DNA from: Micromonas sp.
Lineage: Eukaryota
Assembly (NCBI GenBank): GCA_000090985.2
Contig: CP001574.1
Span: forward strand, 1,535,344 to 1,567,343
Direction of reading: 5' to 3'
Length of the DNA: 32,000 nt
Below are positions 1-13,134 of this stretch, one piece after another (the first letter of the stretch is position 1; each line of letters starts with the position of its first letter). Under the pieces are notes generated by a model. It saw only the letters and a list, made by a program, of their open reading frames with translations, was not told where the DNA came from and did not search any database. The position numbers were made by a program, and so were the translations under genes.

Positions 1-130
1 AACATTTTTGACACCATTAAATCAAGAACGATGGTCTAGCGCTACATATAGTTGTCGACATTTTTAACACCGTTAAATTAAGAACGACGGTCTATCCGTC
101 TCATACATTGTCGACATTTTTGATTTTTTA
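1..130. repeat. Tandem repeat with a ~56-59-bp unit: two full copies plus a partial one, truncated by the window start
   Basis: Units 1-59 and 60-115 and the partial unit 116-130 are each delimited by GTCGAC|ATTTTT. They share the core AAGAACGA(T/C)GGTCTA. The core is related, in reverse complement, to the tandem repeat at 17149-17264. Confidence 0.7.
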
Positions 131-282
131 GCTCGAGAATCTTGAGTCAGTGTCCCATATAGTTGTCACACTATGTTTACTCATATAAACTACGTACGGG
201 TATGGAAATCCTCTAACACATATGTCGTGTGTATGTGTAGCAGCAGCAGGTAAATAATGACGATACCATCTTCCGAACATAT

Positions 283-2435
283 ATGTCGCTCACCGCGGGT
301 CTCGCGTTTCGTGCGCGATTTCCCGCGAGAGAAAAACTCGTTGATTTTCTACGTGGCAACTATCATCAAGATTGCAGCTCCTCGCCGCACGAGTGCACGA
401 ATGCGAAACCGGAGCCGCATGAAGCCACCAAACATGATGAAAGCGTTGTTAGCGAGAAGGAAGACATCATATTCGCTCTAGCACCCGGTGCTACACACAT
501 CGCTGCGGCATGCGGTTCGCGCTTTGTCATTTCTGCAACTTTGATGCATACGGGAACTTCTATCTCGGATGTATCATTATGCACTGCGGATGTACGCAAG
601 GCAGGTGCCAGCGAACGTATCTCTGCAGTTTGCTGGGTTGGGTACCGCACCCGTCCTTGTAGAAGTCTCGAAAATTCCTCTGAACATGGATCCCCGGGCA
701 GTGACCGTGATGACTTGTTCGTAGTCGTTGGCACAAGCATGGGCAATGTTAGCTTCTACACACCTGAAGCTCGTTTGCTGTTCTCCAAAAGTTTTGCACA
801 CGTTTCTCCAGAAGTTGGCAGCTCCACTGTGTGCCACGCAACACCGGTCCGTGCACTTCACCATCGAATCTCGCGCATTTCGCATTCACGCGCAGACGCC
901 ACCGAAGACCTAATAATCGTATTTGATGATATGGTTCTGCGTATGGATGCCGTGGAACTCCGATCTGTGACTCGACGAGCCTTTTTCACAGGGCTGAGTC
1001 TGTCGCGCGTGGAAGAGAAACCCTTGAAACATCAGGCTATCAAGAAAGCAGAATGTGTAGATGCGCCTGACGGTTATTCCCTGACACTCGCAAACGATAT
1101 AGCAGCGAAGACACCTAATAATGAGACTTTAATTTTCAACTCTTCATTTTTGGCATTGACACGCTGGGGTCTATCCAAAGTAGCTCCTCTTGCAGATGCT
1201 TTTTGCATTGGCAAGCTTCAAGTAGAATTTGCACAGTCGGCATTATCATTGGACGCTGGGGCTAGACAAAAAAGAAGTACGTTGTATAGAGCAACCGGTA
1301 TAATTGCTGCTGGTCGGGGTATTCATGACGGCCAGAACAAAGTTATCGCTTTCATGGCTACTCGCGTGGCCCAGGAGAATACATTGGAGGCAGTTACAAC
1401 ATTTGCTTCAAAGGCAGCATCATCGGCAGTGTCCGCAGTGACTAACATGGTGGACGGTGCTCTCCATTTTGCCGGTGCTATGTCGAACAACATCTCCATC
1501 TCCTATTTACTCCCCAAGGGAGTAGCAATCAATTCAGTTCCCAAATTGACATTCGAGGGCGTTTCTGCAAATGCGCATTCCTCAAGTGGGCATACCTGTG
1601 AAGACGAACAAGAAAAGTTATACAGCTTGGCGGGGTATTCACTCGATTCGTATTGCGCACTCATCGATTCAACTAGACGGGTGCAAAGGATCATCCCAGC
1701 ACCGCGTGGCTCAATTTTTGCTACTATTGACACTCTCGGTCGTGTCGCAGTTTGGGATGCCGCCGTGCCCACGATGATTACAACAACACTGAGTTTAAAA
1801 GGGCGCAGGCACGCTGAAATAGCTTGGCTGGAGGTACCGCCACCGCCTAAGTGTACTGCGCAAATGGCACTTGGCAGGCTGTACATTGTCGTTCGTAGTC
1901 CACATCGGAACAAAGGAACCGTGGAACTTTGGGAAGTAGGAGGAGAACACGCCGGGATGGTGTCCGCCGTATACAAGAATGGGTGCAGCCGGAATGGCCC
2001 CGTCGATCTGAGGGCTTCGACTCTTCTGCAAGCTACATGCCCATTTGAAGCGTGCATAACACCACGTGACTCATCCAATCCGGCTATGTATTTTGAGGGA
2101 AATTCGCGTTGTTACATTTTTGCGAGGAATGGGGATTTGTACGAGATATTTGTATAATCACCACTACTGCTCCCAACAATTGGATTATCTTGAGACAGGA
2201 TACTATGGTATGTCTGACATTCGAACTGTTGCTCACCACTTGTTCGAGTTTGAATGATGAGGAGTCCCAAGCCAAGACCACCTTGAGATTGCTTGCTCTG
2301 CTCAAGGTATCCTGTTTTGTTCATTGATTGATCAGCGAATTTATGCCGATGATTTTGCTAACTTATGATTTCATTCATTTGCTTTTGAAGGAAGGTTTTG
2401 AATCGGCCGTCGTCTCGATCAAATTATACACATGA
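283..2435 (+). CDS. Rab3 GTPase-activating protein non-catalytic subunit (RAB3GAP2)-like. Model: 283..2151 + 2199..2306 + 2391..2435. Minimal alternative: single ORF 283..2157.
   Basis: The 624-aa ORF carries remembered RAB3GAP2 N-domain landmarks: FVVVGTSMGNVSFYT (human IVVGFTSGYVRFYT), LTRWGL (human YKKWGL), DSTRR..ATIDTLGRVAVWD (human DSRRH..AVTDDFGRVILLD) and IVVRSPHRNKGTVELWEV (human VIYAPRRGILEVWS). Optional 3' extension: donor TTT|GTATAA (2151/2152) and acceptor ACAG| (2198) give exon 2199..2306, which encodes ..LNDEESQAKTTLRLLALLK (human [23 protein letters not shown]). Then donor AAG|GTATCC, a branch-like TGCTAAC and acceptor TTTTGAAG| (2390) give exon 2391..2435, ending in TGA. Homology is from memory, not a search. 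Confidence 0.6.
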
Positions 2436-2482
2436 GGTGACCGTCGGAATGACTCGACCCGATTGACCGCGAAGAATTTTTT

Positions 2483-4188
2483 TCAACAAGTCATTGTTGT
2501 ACATTCTACACAATTGTAAATTAGAGTCTTCTCGCATGGCACAAATTGTTTTGTAACCAACTTTATGATTTCTTGCGAGCCGATTGCCCCAAGGACGCTC
2601 GCCACTGCATGCAATTCCCCACCACCACCTCTCACTGTTTCGCATATAAGATTATCTAAGAGGTGACCATTCAGATTATGGTCGCCGAGTATTTCGTCGG
2701 CAATCGTCTTCAATTTGATGAAATCGTCCTTCGAGCCGCGCACGGCATCAATTGCCGTGCCAGGCAACCGTCCATATCTATCAAAGAAAGCATCTGAAGC
2801 ACACACCAGGACCAAATATGTCAAAGTAGACAATGGATAGTCCCACGCTCCCTGCGACGTTGACTTGATCTTATCCTCACGTACCAAGCTGCTATCCAAA
2901 GCCAAAGGGCGCCAGCGTAAGAATGCGGCATTGGATGCATACCTGCAAAAAGTACGGACTTCATCGGCAGTAATCTCATCCCTCTGTCGACCGGCACGCA
3001 CGAGGGCCTCCTGGACGTAATGTTCCACAACTTTGGCATCTGAAGCTGCCTTTTCTTGGTATATTCGCTGCAATGTCACATAACAATCTGTCGTACATGT
3101 CATGTCTGGTATGCTTCCAACAAGAGGCATCATACCGCCGCTCTTTGCCAAAAACGCGGAAATACCGGAAATTTTGAACCAAAAAATCGGAGTAGACTGA
3201 CAAAGATTTTTAGAAGCTAATTCTTCGAGTACCTTGACAAGAGTGGGTGATAGTGACTTCGGTTTACAAACATGCCGAACTGCATTAAGCGCTTCCTGGA
3301 AGTTTTCTTCATCATGCGTTCTGCGCATAGCAGATAGCATGTGCTTAAAGGCAGCTTGTTCACGTGTGTTGCTCGGAAGTTTACTATCATGTTCTGCTCG
3401 CCACTTGTCGCATGCTTGCAGAAGTAAGACAATAAACGGCACACCCTTAAAGGCAACGCCGTCAAGAGTATCAAGTTCGAATTGAGACACAAAATTACAG
3501 AGCTCTGGCCAAGGTTGTGTCAATCCGAGATCATGAATATTGTCCCCTGGGTTTGTATCAGTTATCACATGCTCTCTGATACAAAGTCGTAAGGTGCCGA
3601 TGAATCCGAAGGATCGCATCACGATCATGATGATGTTTTGCTTCCGACATACAGAGTCTAGAGCCATCAGTGTCCTCATGGGCATCTGGGTTGCGATTAC
3701 GATGGTAAAATCATGAAAGAAATCGGGATTGTCAGTTACGATGTCTTCTGGATCTTCATCTATGAACGACCCAACGACAGCAGCATTCAACTCTTTCAGG
3801 TGGGCGGCGACGGCCTTTGCCCTGCTCTCCCCAACATCTGTTGTGCTAAGCATGAAATTGTTCCCCAAGTCACGTGGCTTCACCGTATCTTTGTCTACTA
3901 AGGTAAAGGAGGCAATCCCTCCAAGCACAAGATTTTTAACAGTTTCGCATCCTGTGGGCCCACAATTCAATAGACATACTTTGCTCTCTTCGAGCTTTTT
4001 TTGCCAGTGTAAAGAGTCCCACACCACGACTGAAATCTTAAACCAGCGCACACAGGTGGCAAAGGGGGAGCGATTAGTTTCAGTGAGCTAGCGCGAGAGC
4101 GAAAGGCTTCAACGGGAAAATTCCATAGATTGCCCAACCCGTGCTCGCCCCAGATCCGAATTTGCCGGTCATATCGGCCGCCAACCAT
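2483..4188 (-). CDS. NAE1: NEDD8-activating enzyme E1 regulatory subunit (APPBP1/ULA1/AXR1 family). Exon 1 is about 4114..4188 and exon 2 is 2483..about 3994.
   Basis: Exon 1 (ATG at 4188) encodes MVGGRYDRQIRIWGEHG, the family N-terminal YDRQ(L/I)R(I/L)WG motif. The main ORF continues with ..VCLLNCGPTGCETVKNLVLGGIASFTLVD.. and ends ..LHAVASVLGAIGSQEIIKLVTKQF..., matching the family C-terminus. The two parts are in different frames, so an intron is required. The exact junction is unresolved (see findings). Confidence 0.85.
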
Positions 4189-4304
4189 CTCACGAACTTT
4201 CGGCTACGCGAGCAGTTCTCTGTTCTTCGCTTGATGACTCGTTATCTTCCGCGATGGAGCCTCGATCAATGAGATTCATATAAATACCGTCGTACCGAAC
4301 GAAG

Positions 4305-4701
4305 CGAAGGTACGAAACAGTGTTGATTATTATTTCAAAATCATACATGATGATATGATTTCGTACGAATATGAAAGTACGAACGAACGAAGGTAAGTTC
4401 TTACGCACGTACGAAGGTACATATTTATATATATATAGTCATATTATGATACGAATGAAGGTACTAACTATTTAATGATAGACTATTGTATTTTTAAAAT
4501 TGGTGAGTGTATTATTTAGACTATTATTAGTATCATATTAAAACCCTTATTAATTACCCCCGAAGGTAATACCTTTTGGTCGGGATTCGTGGTAAACACC
4601 TAGATTCTCAATCAATAATATAAAATCAAATACCTTCGAAGGTACATACGAAGTAAGGTACCTTCGTAATATTTTATTGTGATTATTAAAAGTTACCTTC
4701 G
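4305..4701. repeat. AT-rich island with clustered TACCTTCG/CGAAGGTA motifs, in the divergent NAE1/CenH3 promoter region
   Basis: Exact 8-mers start at 4305, 4388, 4412, 4561, 4631/4637 (the palindrome TACCTTCGAAGGTA at 4631-4644), 4659 and 4694. One-mismatch variants are also present. Confidence 0.85.
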
Positions 4702-4907
4702 TATTACATATATGTACTACTATATATAATGTTATCCACATTATTTGATATCTACACCACTATTTTTCCGAGAGCACCGCAAACATATCGGGCAATTCCA
4801 TAATTGCCAGTCGCGCTGCGGCGTGCCGAGATCCAGATTCAAAACACCAAAATCGGCGTAAGCTTTTGGCGGATTTGAGCTGCAGACGGCAACGCAGGTC
4901 GCTGCAA

Positions 4908-5614
4908 ATGTCGCGTAAACTACAAGGAAAACATCAACGAAAGGTGGGCGGTTGTTTCACCTATTTCCCGCCAATGAATGACGATGACGAAATTATGCAG
5001 GCGAAGAAACCAAGAAAAGAGTCTTCGAAGGTTATTGATGCGGACGGCTCGCAAGGTGAGCTTCCAACGTTGCGCGGCAGACATGATCGCTATCCTTAAA
5101 AGCGCATTTCATTTCTCCGCTGTCGACTGACCTGCTAGCCCCGAAACATTCCTTGGCAGACAGGAAGCGACGCAGATACAAGCCGGGAACGCTTGCCCTC
5201 AAAGAAATAAGAAAATTCCAAAAAAGCACCGAACTCTTGATACGCAAAGCGCCATTTTGCCGCCTCGTGAGTGACATGCAGACACATTTCCCCCGCTTCC
5301 ATGGTCCTCGGGAACAACATTTTCGTCTTTCACCTTCTCCCAGAGCTGCCAGTACTTCTATTCACTTATAAACGAAATTTACAAACTCGTCGACACAGGT
5401 ACGGGAAATTTCTAATGAAGTTTCACCAGAGCCCTTTCGTTACACGGCGGAGAGCCTTTTGGCGATTCAAGAAGCTACGGAGGACTTCCTCGTTCACCTT
5501 TTTGAAGACTGCAACCTGTGTGCGATTCATGCAAAACGTGTAACCATAATGCCTAAAGATCTCCAGCTTGCTCGGCGAATTCGAGGTCCCATATATGGTG
5601 TCTCGGCCTATTAG
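4908..5614 (+). CDS. CENH3: Centromeric histone H3 variant (CenH3/CENP-A-like). Exons: 4908..4943, 5001..5055, 5160..5266, 5399..5614.
   Basis: The histone-fold region is [32 protein letters not shown]|[63 protein letters not shown]. The N-tail ([12 protein letters not shown]|[18 protein letters not shown]|D..) shows no similarity to canonical H3 (ARTKQTARKS..). Loop 1 is one residue longer than in H3, and [18 protein letters not shown] resembles [23 protein letters not shown]. Splice sites: AAG|GTGGGC..ATGCAG|, CAAG|GTGAGC..TTGGCAG|, CTC|GTGAGT..ACACAG|. Intron 1 (57 nt) is in frame and open, so its removal is not proven. Confidence 0.8.
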
Positions 5615-6086
5615 CATTAGGTGCAAGTTAATACCAATAGATTTTGCAGGAATCAATGCGGCGAACTTGCTCTCCTTGTTTTTAGGAAGCGTTCCAAGCA
5701 GAAAGAGCACGGACATTCAAACGCCATTGCACAACAAGAGCGTTGTTGATCATTACGGGACATACATGCACGCATGTCTGTGTACTAATATGGTCTTTCT
5801 AATACCTTTTCCACAGCGATGGATGTGACATTCCGTTACTGTATGCCCTGTTTGCCCTTGATGCATATTGTGTTGTTCATGCAAGATTTCAGGACGGACG
5901 CAGGCAGTCTAGTCGCGTAGCGAGCAACGGCCACTAGCTAGGCCGATACTACGGAAAAAAAAACTTGCAAAACTTGCAACCCGTTAAAAGTTTCGGAGCC
6001 TTGTTTTTATGAGCTTTTTAGCGGGATTTTTTGAAACTGATCATGATGGTATCTGAATCTATTTATTATTGCCCTTTATTTGTGTA

Positions 6087-6108
6087 TTATTCTGAATTTC
6101 ATTAGGGT
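6087..6108. mobile_element. Solo terminal-inverted-repeat-like fragment of the MITE family seen at 16292-16624
   Basis: TATTCTGAATTTCATTAGGGTG matches the MITE TIR core (GTATTCTGAATTTCATTATGGGTG). I found no partner TIR nearby. Confidence 0.4.
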
Positions 6109-6193
6109 GGGATACGTTTTTATGCATAACGATTTTATGATGATATATTAAATAGTTTATTATAACGATTTTATAATAATAACACTATTAATA

Positions 6194-6909
6194 TACCTTC
6201 GTAGTAGATTAAATTCTTGATATATTTAATCGCCGTACCTTTACGAGGACTAGCTAGTAGAGATTATTAAAATTAACACTAATAAATATTGGTTGTTTAT
6301 TTCAATATTATATACCATTTGCGCTATCGTTAACTCGCTGACTGGATGGTTGACTATTTGTGCCGTAGTTTCAGTCATATCACATACAATCTACGTCATT
6401 TCTCCTGAAAAGATCCGACCCGTCATATCAGGAGGTTCGGCAGATCCCAGGGTGAATATTGGCGAGGTTTCATAACGCCATTTCAGTTCCATTTCCATTG
6501 AGAATCTAATAAATAAGACCAGCGTTCCCAATTTTGATTATTGAGAGGTTAAATATGGTGGACACGTACGGACGGATGGGCAAACCGTTCCTCAACCTCC
6601 TCAAAGACGTCGCCGCACACTAGTATATTACTGCATGAACCATTAAGTTCAGGAAATAAATGTAACTTCGTATTTATCACCTTCATTCGTTCGTATTTAT
6701 ATACCTTCGTAGTATCCATAGTAGCTAGCTAGCAGTTGTGCTAATAATAAATACAGTACCTTCGTATATACCTTCGTACGTTTCGTTCGTAATAAGGACC
6801 TAAACTTACCTTCGTTATTAGACTGTTATTAGTATAATAATATTACCTTCGAAGGTATAAATACCTTCGTAAAAAATACGAAGGTATTAATACCTTCATA
6901 TATACCTTC
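6194..6909. repeat. AT-rich island with clustered TACCTTCG/CGAAGGTA motifs, upstream of DDX49
   Basis: Exact 8-mers start at 6194, 6702, 6767, 6779, 6817, 6843/6849 (the palindrome at 6843-6856), 6861, 6878 and 6902. Several one-mismatch variants are present. The last copy lies about 165 bp before the DDX49 ATG. Confidence 0.85.
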
Positions 6910-7074
6910 GTATAATAACGAAGACATTGTGCATGCCAATAATAACGAGGTAAAAATGACAACAATGTGCAGTACACTTCAGCTGATGGAACCTGTATGT
7001 GGACCTAAGTCTTATGTTCAGAATCCCACCCATGAGGTTTAGTGCATCTCTATATTATCTTCTGAAGCCGTAGC

Positions 7075-8529
7075 ATGTCTTCTCCTCTTGATGGGCTGGT
7101 CGTGGGTAAAGAGAAACCTTCGACCATGGGAGCAGACATCCAAAAAGGTATTTCAATATTCAACAACAGGAAATCTCCGACACAACCGAGAACAAAAACC
7201 TTCGAGACATCAAAGATCGGGGAAGTGGTTGGTTTTCCTTCCCAAGAAATTGTGAGCCATGAAGTCGTCGAGCAAACTGGTTTTCGATCACTAGGACTGA
7301 ACAGCTGGTTGTGTGAAAATATAACCTCGATGGGAATCGCCACCGCGACACCGGTTCAACGGGGTTGCATACCCGCAATTTTGGCAGGAAGAGATGTCAT
7401 CGGAGTGGCGCAAACTGGCACAGGAAAGACGGCAGCGTTCGCTCTCCCTATTTTACAGATACTTGGACGAGAGCCTTATGGAATTTTTTGCCTTTGTTTG
7501 ACACCAACCAGAGAACTAGCATCTCAGATTTCAGAACAGTTTATTGCTTTTTCGGCAGGGATGACTCTCCGCTGCGAAACCGTTTTTGGTGGCGAGAATA
7601 TCCGGACGCAGGCAAAGGCTCTGATGCTGAGACCACACATAGCAGTTGCGACACCGGGCAGACTTATGGACCATTTTCTTCACTGCTCTGCAGTCGCTAA
7701 ATGTTTTGAAAATGTCAGGTGCCTGGTTCTCGACGAAGCTGACAGGCTGCTAGATCCGGGATTTGAAGCGGAGCTTCAAGCCATCATGCACAACTTGCCA
7801 TCAGCTAATCGCCAAACCTTGATGTTTTCAGCTACCATCACGAAGTCCATATCCGCTGTACAAGAACTAGCCCTTGGCAAAGCATTACTTTTCGAGGCCC
7901 TTAAGGATACACAACTTGCAGGCCGCTGCAAAGAAGAATATTGCTTTATCGCACCAAGGGTGAAAGAAGTATATCTTGTTCATATACTGAAAAGAGCACC
8001 GACATGGGGAACGAGGTCGATGATTGTTTTCGCTGGAACAGTTCGAAAATGTCAGATGCTGAAGGAAATTCTTTCAGTCTTGGGAATAAACTGTGTTGCC
8101 TTACACGCTGCCAAGAAACAAGCACGCAGACATGCCAGCCTCTCGCGATTCAAATCTGGCGAAATTCAAATAATGATTGCTACTGACATTGCATCACGCG
8201 GCCTTGATATTCCAACGGTTGACATGGTTGTAAACTATGATGTGCCCTTAATCCCCCGGGATTATATTCATCGGATCGGGCGCACTGCACGGGCTGGGCG
8301 GGTTGGCAGAGCCATCACACTTGTGACACAGCATGACATTTCCTTGGTGCATCAAATCGAACAACTCACCTGTAGAAAGCTAGTTGAGCTTTCTAAACTT
8401 TCTGAGGAAGCTATTCTGAAAGATATGGCGCAGGTCTTTGCAGCAAGGCGAATTGCGAACCTGAACATGGGTGCAGCTGGTGGTTTCAATGAAATCCTTC
8501 GTCAGAAAAGATCAAAGTGCACAAAATGA
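7075..8529 (+). CDS. DDX49: DEAD-box ATP-dependent RNA helicase, DDX49/Dbp8-like, single exon
   Basis: The helicase motifs are present: Q-region FRSLGL..ATPVQRGCIP, motif I AQTGTGKTAAF, Ia LTPTRELA, II LVLDEADRLL, III FSATIT, V IATDIASRGLDIP and VI HRIGRTARAGR. EPYGIFCLCLTPTRELASQISEQF and ITLVTQHDISLVHQIE closely resemble remembered human DDX49. Confidence 0.9.
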   Translation: MSSPLDGLVVGKEKPSTMGADIQKGISIFNNRKSPTQPRTKTFETSKIGEVVGFPSQEIVSHEVVEQTGFRSLGLNSWLCENITSMGIATATPVQRGCIPAILAGRDVIGVAQTGTGKTAAFALPILQILGREPYGIFCLCLTPTRELASQISEQFIAFSAGMTLRCETVFGGENIRTQAKALMLRPHIAVATPGRLMDHFLHCSAVAKCFENVRCLVLDEADRLLDPGFEAELQAIMHNLPSANRQTLMFSATITKSISAVQELALGKALLFEALKDTQLAGRCKEEYCFIAPRVKEVYLVHILKRAPTWGTRSMIVFAGTVRKCQMLKEILSVLGINCVALHAAKKQARRHASLSRFKSGEIQIMIATDIASRGLDIPTVDMVVNYDVPLIPRDYIHRIGRTARAGRVGRAITLVTQHDISLVHQIEQLTCRKLVELSKLSEEAILKDMAQVFAARRIANLNMGAAGGFNEILRQKRSKCTK

Positions 8530-8797
8530 TACGTATGTCCCGCTTGGACCTGTAAGAGAGCGTGAAATAGCCAGGGACGGGCGTGGCGGCGAGTTTGTTG
8601 CGATCTCATCGGCCTAAGTGCCCCATCACTATCAGCCAGTCCAGCTATGACTAGGTAACTGCATATCAGGATCGAGTAGATTGTTTAGTTTGATCCGTAT
8701 CGAATGGATTTAGTTAGTTAGCATCACAATGGATTCTATTCAGAGGCCCGTGAGTTGTATGTGTCGCCTTTTGAGAAACTTGTGGAACACAATGGCC

Positions 8798-10596
<1,799 letters not shown>

Positions 10597-11110
10597 TCAA
10601 AGTTACGCTGAGATGGGCAGAGCTCAGAGCTGAATTCGTCAGTTTCTACTGGAATTCGTGACCAGCACAAAAATATTCCGGATGAGGAATCCACAACGGT
10701 CAGGTACAAGTGCTGTTGAATTCAAATATTTTGCGATCAAAACAACATCTTAACGAAGGTATTTTATTAGGACAGGAGGTGATGACGTTTTTTTACAAAG
10801 GTGAAAATAAATCTGCCTTTTGGAAAACCACGGCGTCTTGTCTAAGTGAACACTTACCCCAAATAAATAAATATAAAAATCGTTTGTATGGAAATTGCTC
10901 TCAGCTGAGGTATGGGCTTTTAGTTCCGATGGAGCATCCGTACAAATTCTCAACCATGTGGTTCAGTCGAACGATGGGGCTCACGTCTGAATCCGCGCCC
11001 CATAGGTATAGTCGAACATAAGGAGGAAACTGAAACCTCGGCAGAGGGGGGATGCGCGACCAACCGAAGGAGAAACGCAGCCTCTAGCCAACTTGCACGG
11101 CAGCTCAAAT

Positions 11111-13019
11111 ATGGAGGAGGCTGACGGCAGAAATCTTCGAGTGGCCACGTGGAACGTGGCTTCGATAAATAACAACCCTTTCGAATACTTCGTTTCCCAC
11201 GACGATCCAGCGTACCTTAAGGTGATGCAAGACATCGAGAAGTTCATGATATCACCGGGCGAACATGATGTTACATTGGGCGAAATCATGAGCAATCGAA
11301 TTCTTGAGGAGTTGGCTGCACTCATTGAAAACGCTGGAATAGGCGACCTCGAACAGGCAAGTGAGTACTGGGAGGAGAATCTAAGGGATCGTAGGTATGT
11401 ACTGTCCCACGATCCACTAACCTTGCAAAAGCTGTTTCCGGCTATCCACTGGAATACATATATACGCCACAAAAACAAAGCCTTAAAACGCCTAAATTCC
11501 ATTTGATCTCTTCAGGGTGGTAGCAGACTTCTTAACGGACACAGAAATAGGTGCAAAGCGTCTGTGTTCCTTGCCTGATAGAGTGACAAATACTATCCAT
11601 TCTGGTATGGAGATCGTGTGTCGTCCTACAGTCATAAGTTGCTACCGAGAGGCGTTGCCTAACATAGAGCAGTGGTGGGCGCAATGGAAAGATTTCATGT
11701 TTGCAAAGGAGGTCCAGATTGTCACCAAAACTGGGTTGACCGCTTCTAGAAGAGTGTGTGAGCTGCTGGACCCGATCAAGCAGTCGAAATACCCTGCTAT
11801 CACTGAAGCCGAACAAGCTTGCTCGATCTCACTACAAATCATTTATCTCGCTGCATTTGATGCAAGCCTTGTATACATGATGAATTTGGTGGCACCGAGG
11901 GATTGGCACAGGATCAAAACATCCCTCATGGATGTCCTGCACCAGAATAAGTGTGTGAGAGTCATGGATATACTCACGGGCCCCGTGTATGCGAGCTGCG
12001 ATGTCATTTTCTTGCAAGAGGTTTCTGCTGCAATGGTGCGCGACTTTGAAAATAATCCAAATATCAAAGAAAAGTACCACATTCTTTCTCCGGAGACCTT
12101 GGACGGGAAACGAGATCAGAACAGTATAATTCTGGCCGCCAGTTGCAGATTTTCAAAGGAAAGTTCAAAAAAGTGCAGCCAAACATGGGGCGGAGAAATT
12201 TCTGCGCAAATTATCGGGCTCATAGACGACGTAAAGTCTGCTCCAGTCGCAGCTGGGGATCTTTTCGTCGTGTGCTGCCAGGAAAAAGTTTCAAAAACAT
12301 CGAAATTATCAAACATCAAACCTGCTCACCAACACGGACAGCGGTTCATCTTCGCATCGTTCCATGGTGACACGGATGGCCTAGCGACGATTCCTGTAGT
12401 TTCAGCGGTTAAAAAGTATATGACATTACTGACATCAGATGAGTCAGCAGTAGCTGCTGGCATCGGTTCAGCACCTTGTCCACCGCTGCTCGTGTTCGGC
12501 ATGGATGCAAATACGTATAAGGTTCACAACGAAGGAAAACGTCAAGGTGTGATCGACTTTGCTAAACATTTAGCGGCGATGAACATCGCAACGTGTTGGG
12601 GCGCTGGTGAGTCTGTCGCAAATGAATTTCGGAGGACAAATACTTTTAAATTTATTGCACCAAATGTCATGCTGGCCCTACTTGTCGTGGACCCAAACCT
12701 CTACACAACGTATAATGCTCGAACATTTTTACAGCCACAACTGAATAAAGCGGTGCGCTTCTCAGACTACGACACATCTAAATTGACGGACAAAAATCCG
12801 AAAGATCATATTTTATTTGAATCAACCACATCGCACCTGAGGAACGTTAGCGGAGGAAAAGAAGTTCGAGCAAAATATGTTTTCAGAGACAACACCGGCG
12901 ACGGCAACTTTATTGCTGATATGCCTTTTCCGACGTCATCATTTCCATCAGACCATGCAATTGTATGCGTAGACCTCGAGCTTGTGCCTCATCATTTTTC
13001 TGATCTAGTCTCCAGTTAG
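11111..13019 (+). CDS. Endonuclease/exonuclease/phosphatase (EEP, DNase I-like fold) family protein. Exons: 11111..11394, 11516..13019.
   Basis: Canonical EEP landmarks are present: LRVATWNV near the N-terminus, DVIFLQEVS, FASFHGDTDG, LVFGMDANTY, and C-terminal FPSDHAIVCVDLEL (catalytic SDH). Intron: CGTAG|GTATGT..TCTTCAG|G, 121 nt. The first ATG is at 11111 (the track ORF starts at a TTG, 11093). Subfamily not determined. Confidence 0.75.
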
Positions 13020-13134
13020 TTGTCTCTAGCTCACATTTAATGATTAAACTGTTCAACGTGTCGATACCTTTGCAATCGAGCCACTGCCAAGGATGATGGG
13101 ATGATATGAACAGGAAGGATGGCCGGTGTGGATG

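Noticed and set aside
1503-2078. 191-aa ORF on the - strand, plus other short ORFs within 257-2327
   Set aside because: These are antisense or out of frame relative to the RAB3GAP2-like ORF, which has homology support. None has motifs of its own.
6555-6623. A 22-codon GC-rich ATG..TAG ORF (MVDTYGRMGKPFLNLLKDVAAH) inside the AT-rich island
   Set aside because: It is too short to evaluate. It may be a relic of a gene or TE fragment, but I have no supporting signal.
4305-6909. Reading the TACCTTCG arrays as a CRISPR-like repeat-spacer array
   Set aside because: The repeat is only 8-14 bp, spacing is irregular (0 to over 100 bp) and orientation is mixed. The locus is eukaryotic.
6000-6950. AT-rich islands as centromere candidates, prompted by the adjacent CenH3 gene and by reports that low-GC segments act as centromeres in a diatom
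   Set aside because: At least five similar islands occur within 32 kb of gene-dense, promoter-containing DNA. A trans-acting CenH3 gene gives no positional information. Nothing in the sequence singles out one island.
12606-12700. GTGAGT inside the EEP gene as an extra intron donor
   Set aside because: No downstream AG acceptor restores a sensible frame, and the read-through sequence is open. It is kept as coding.
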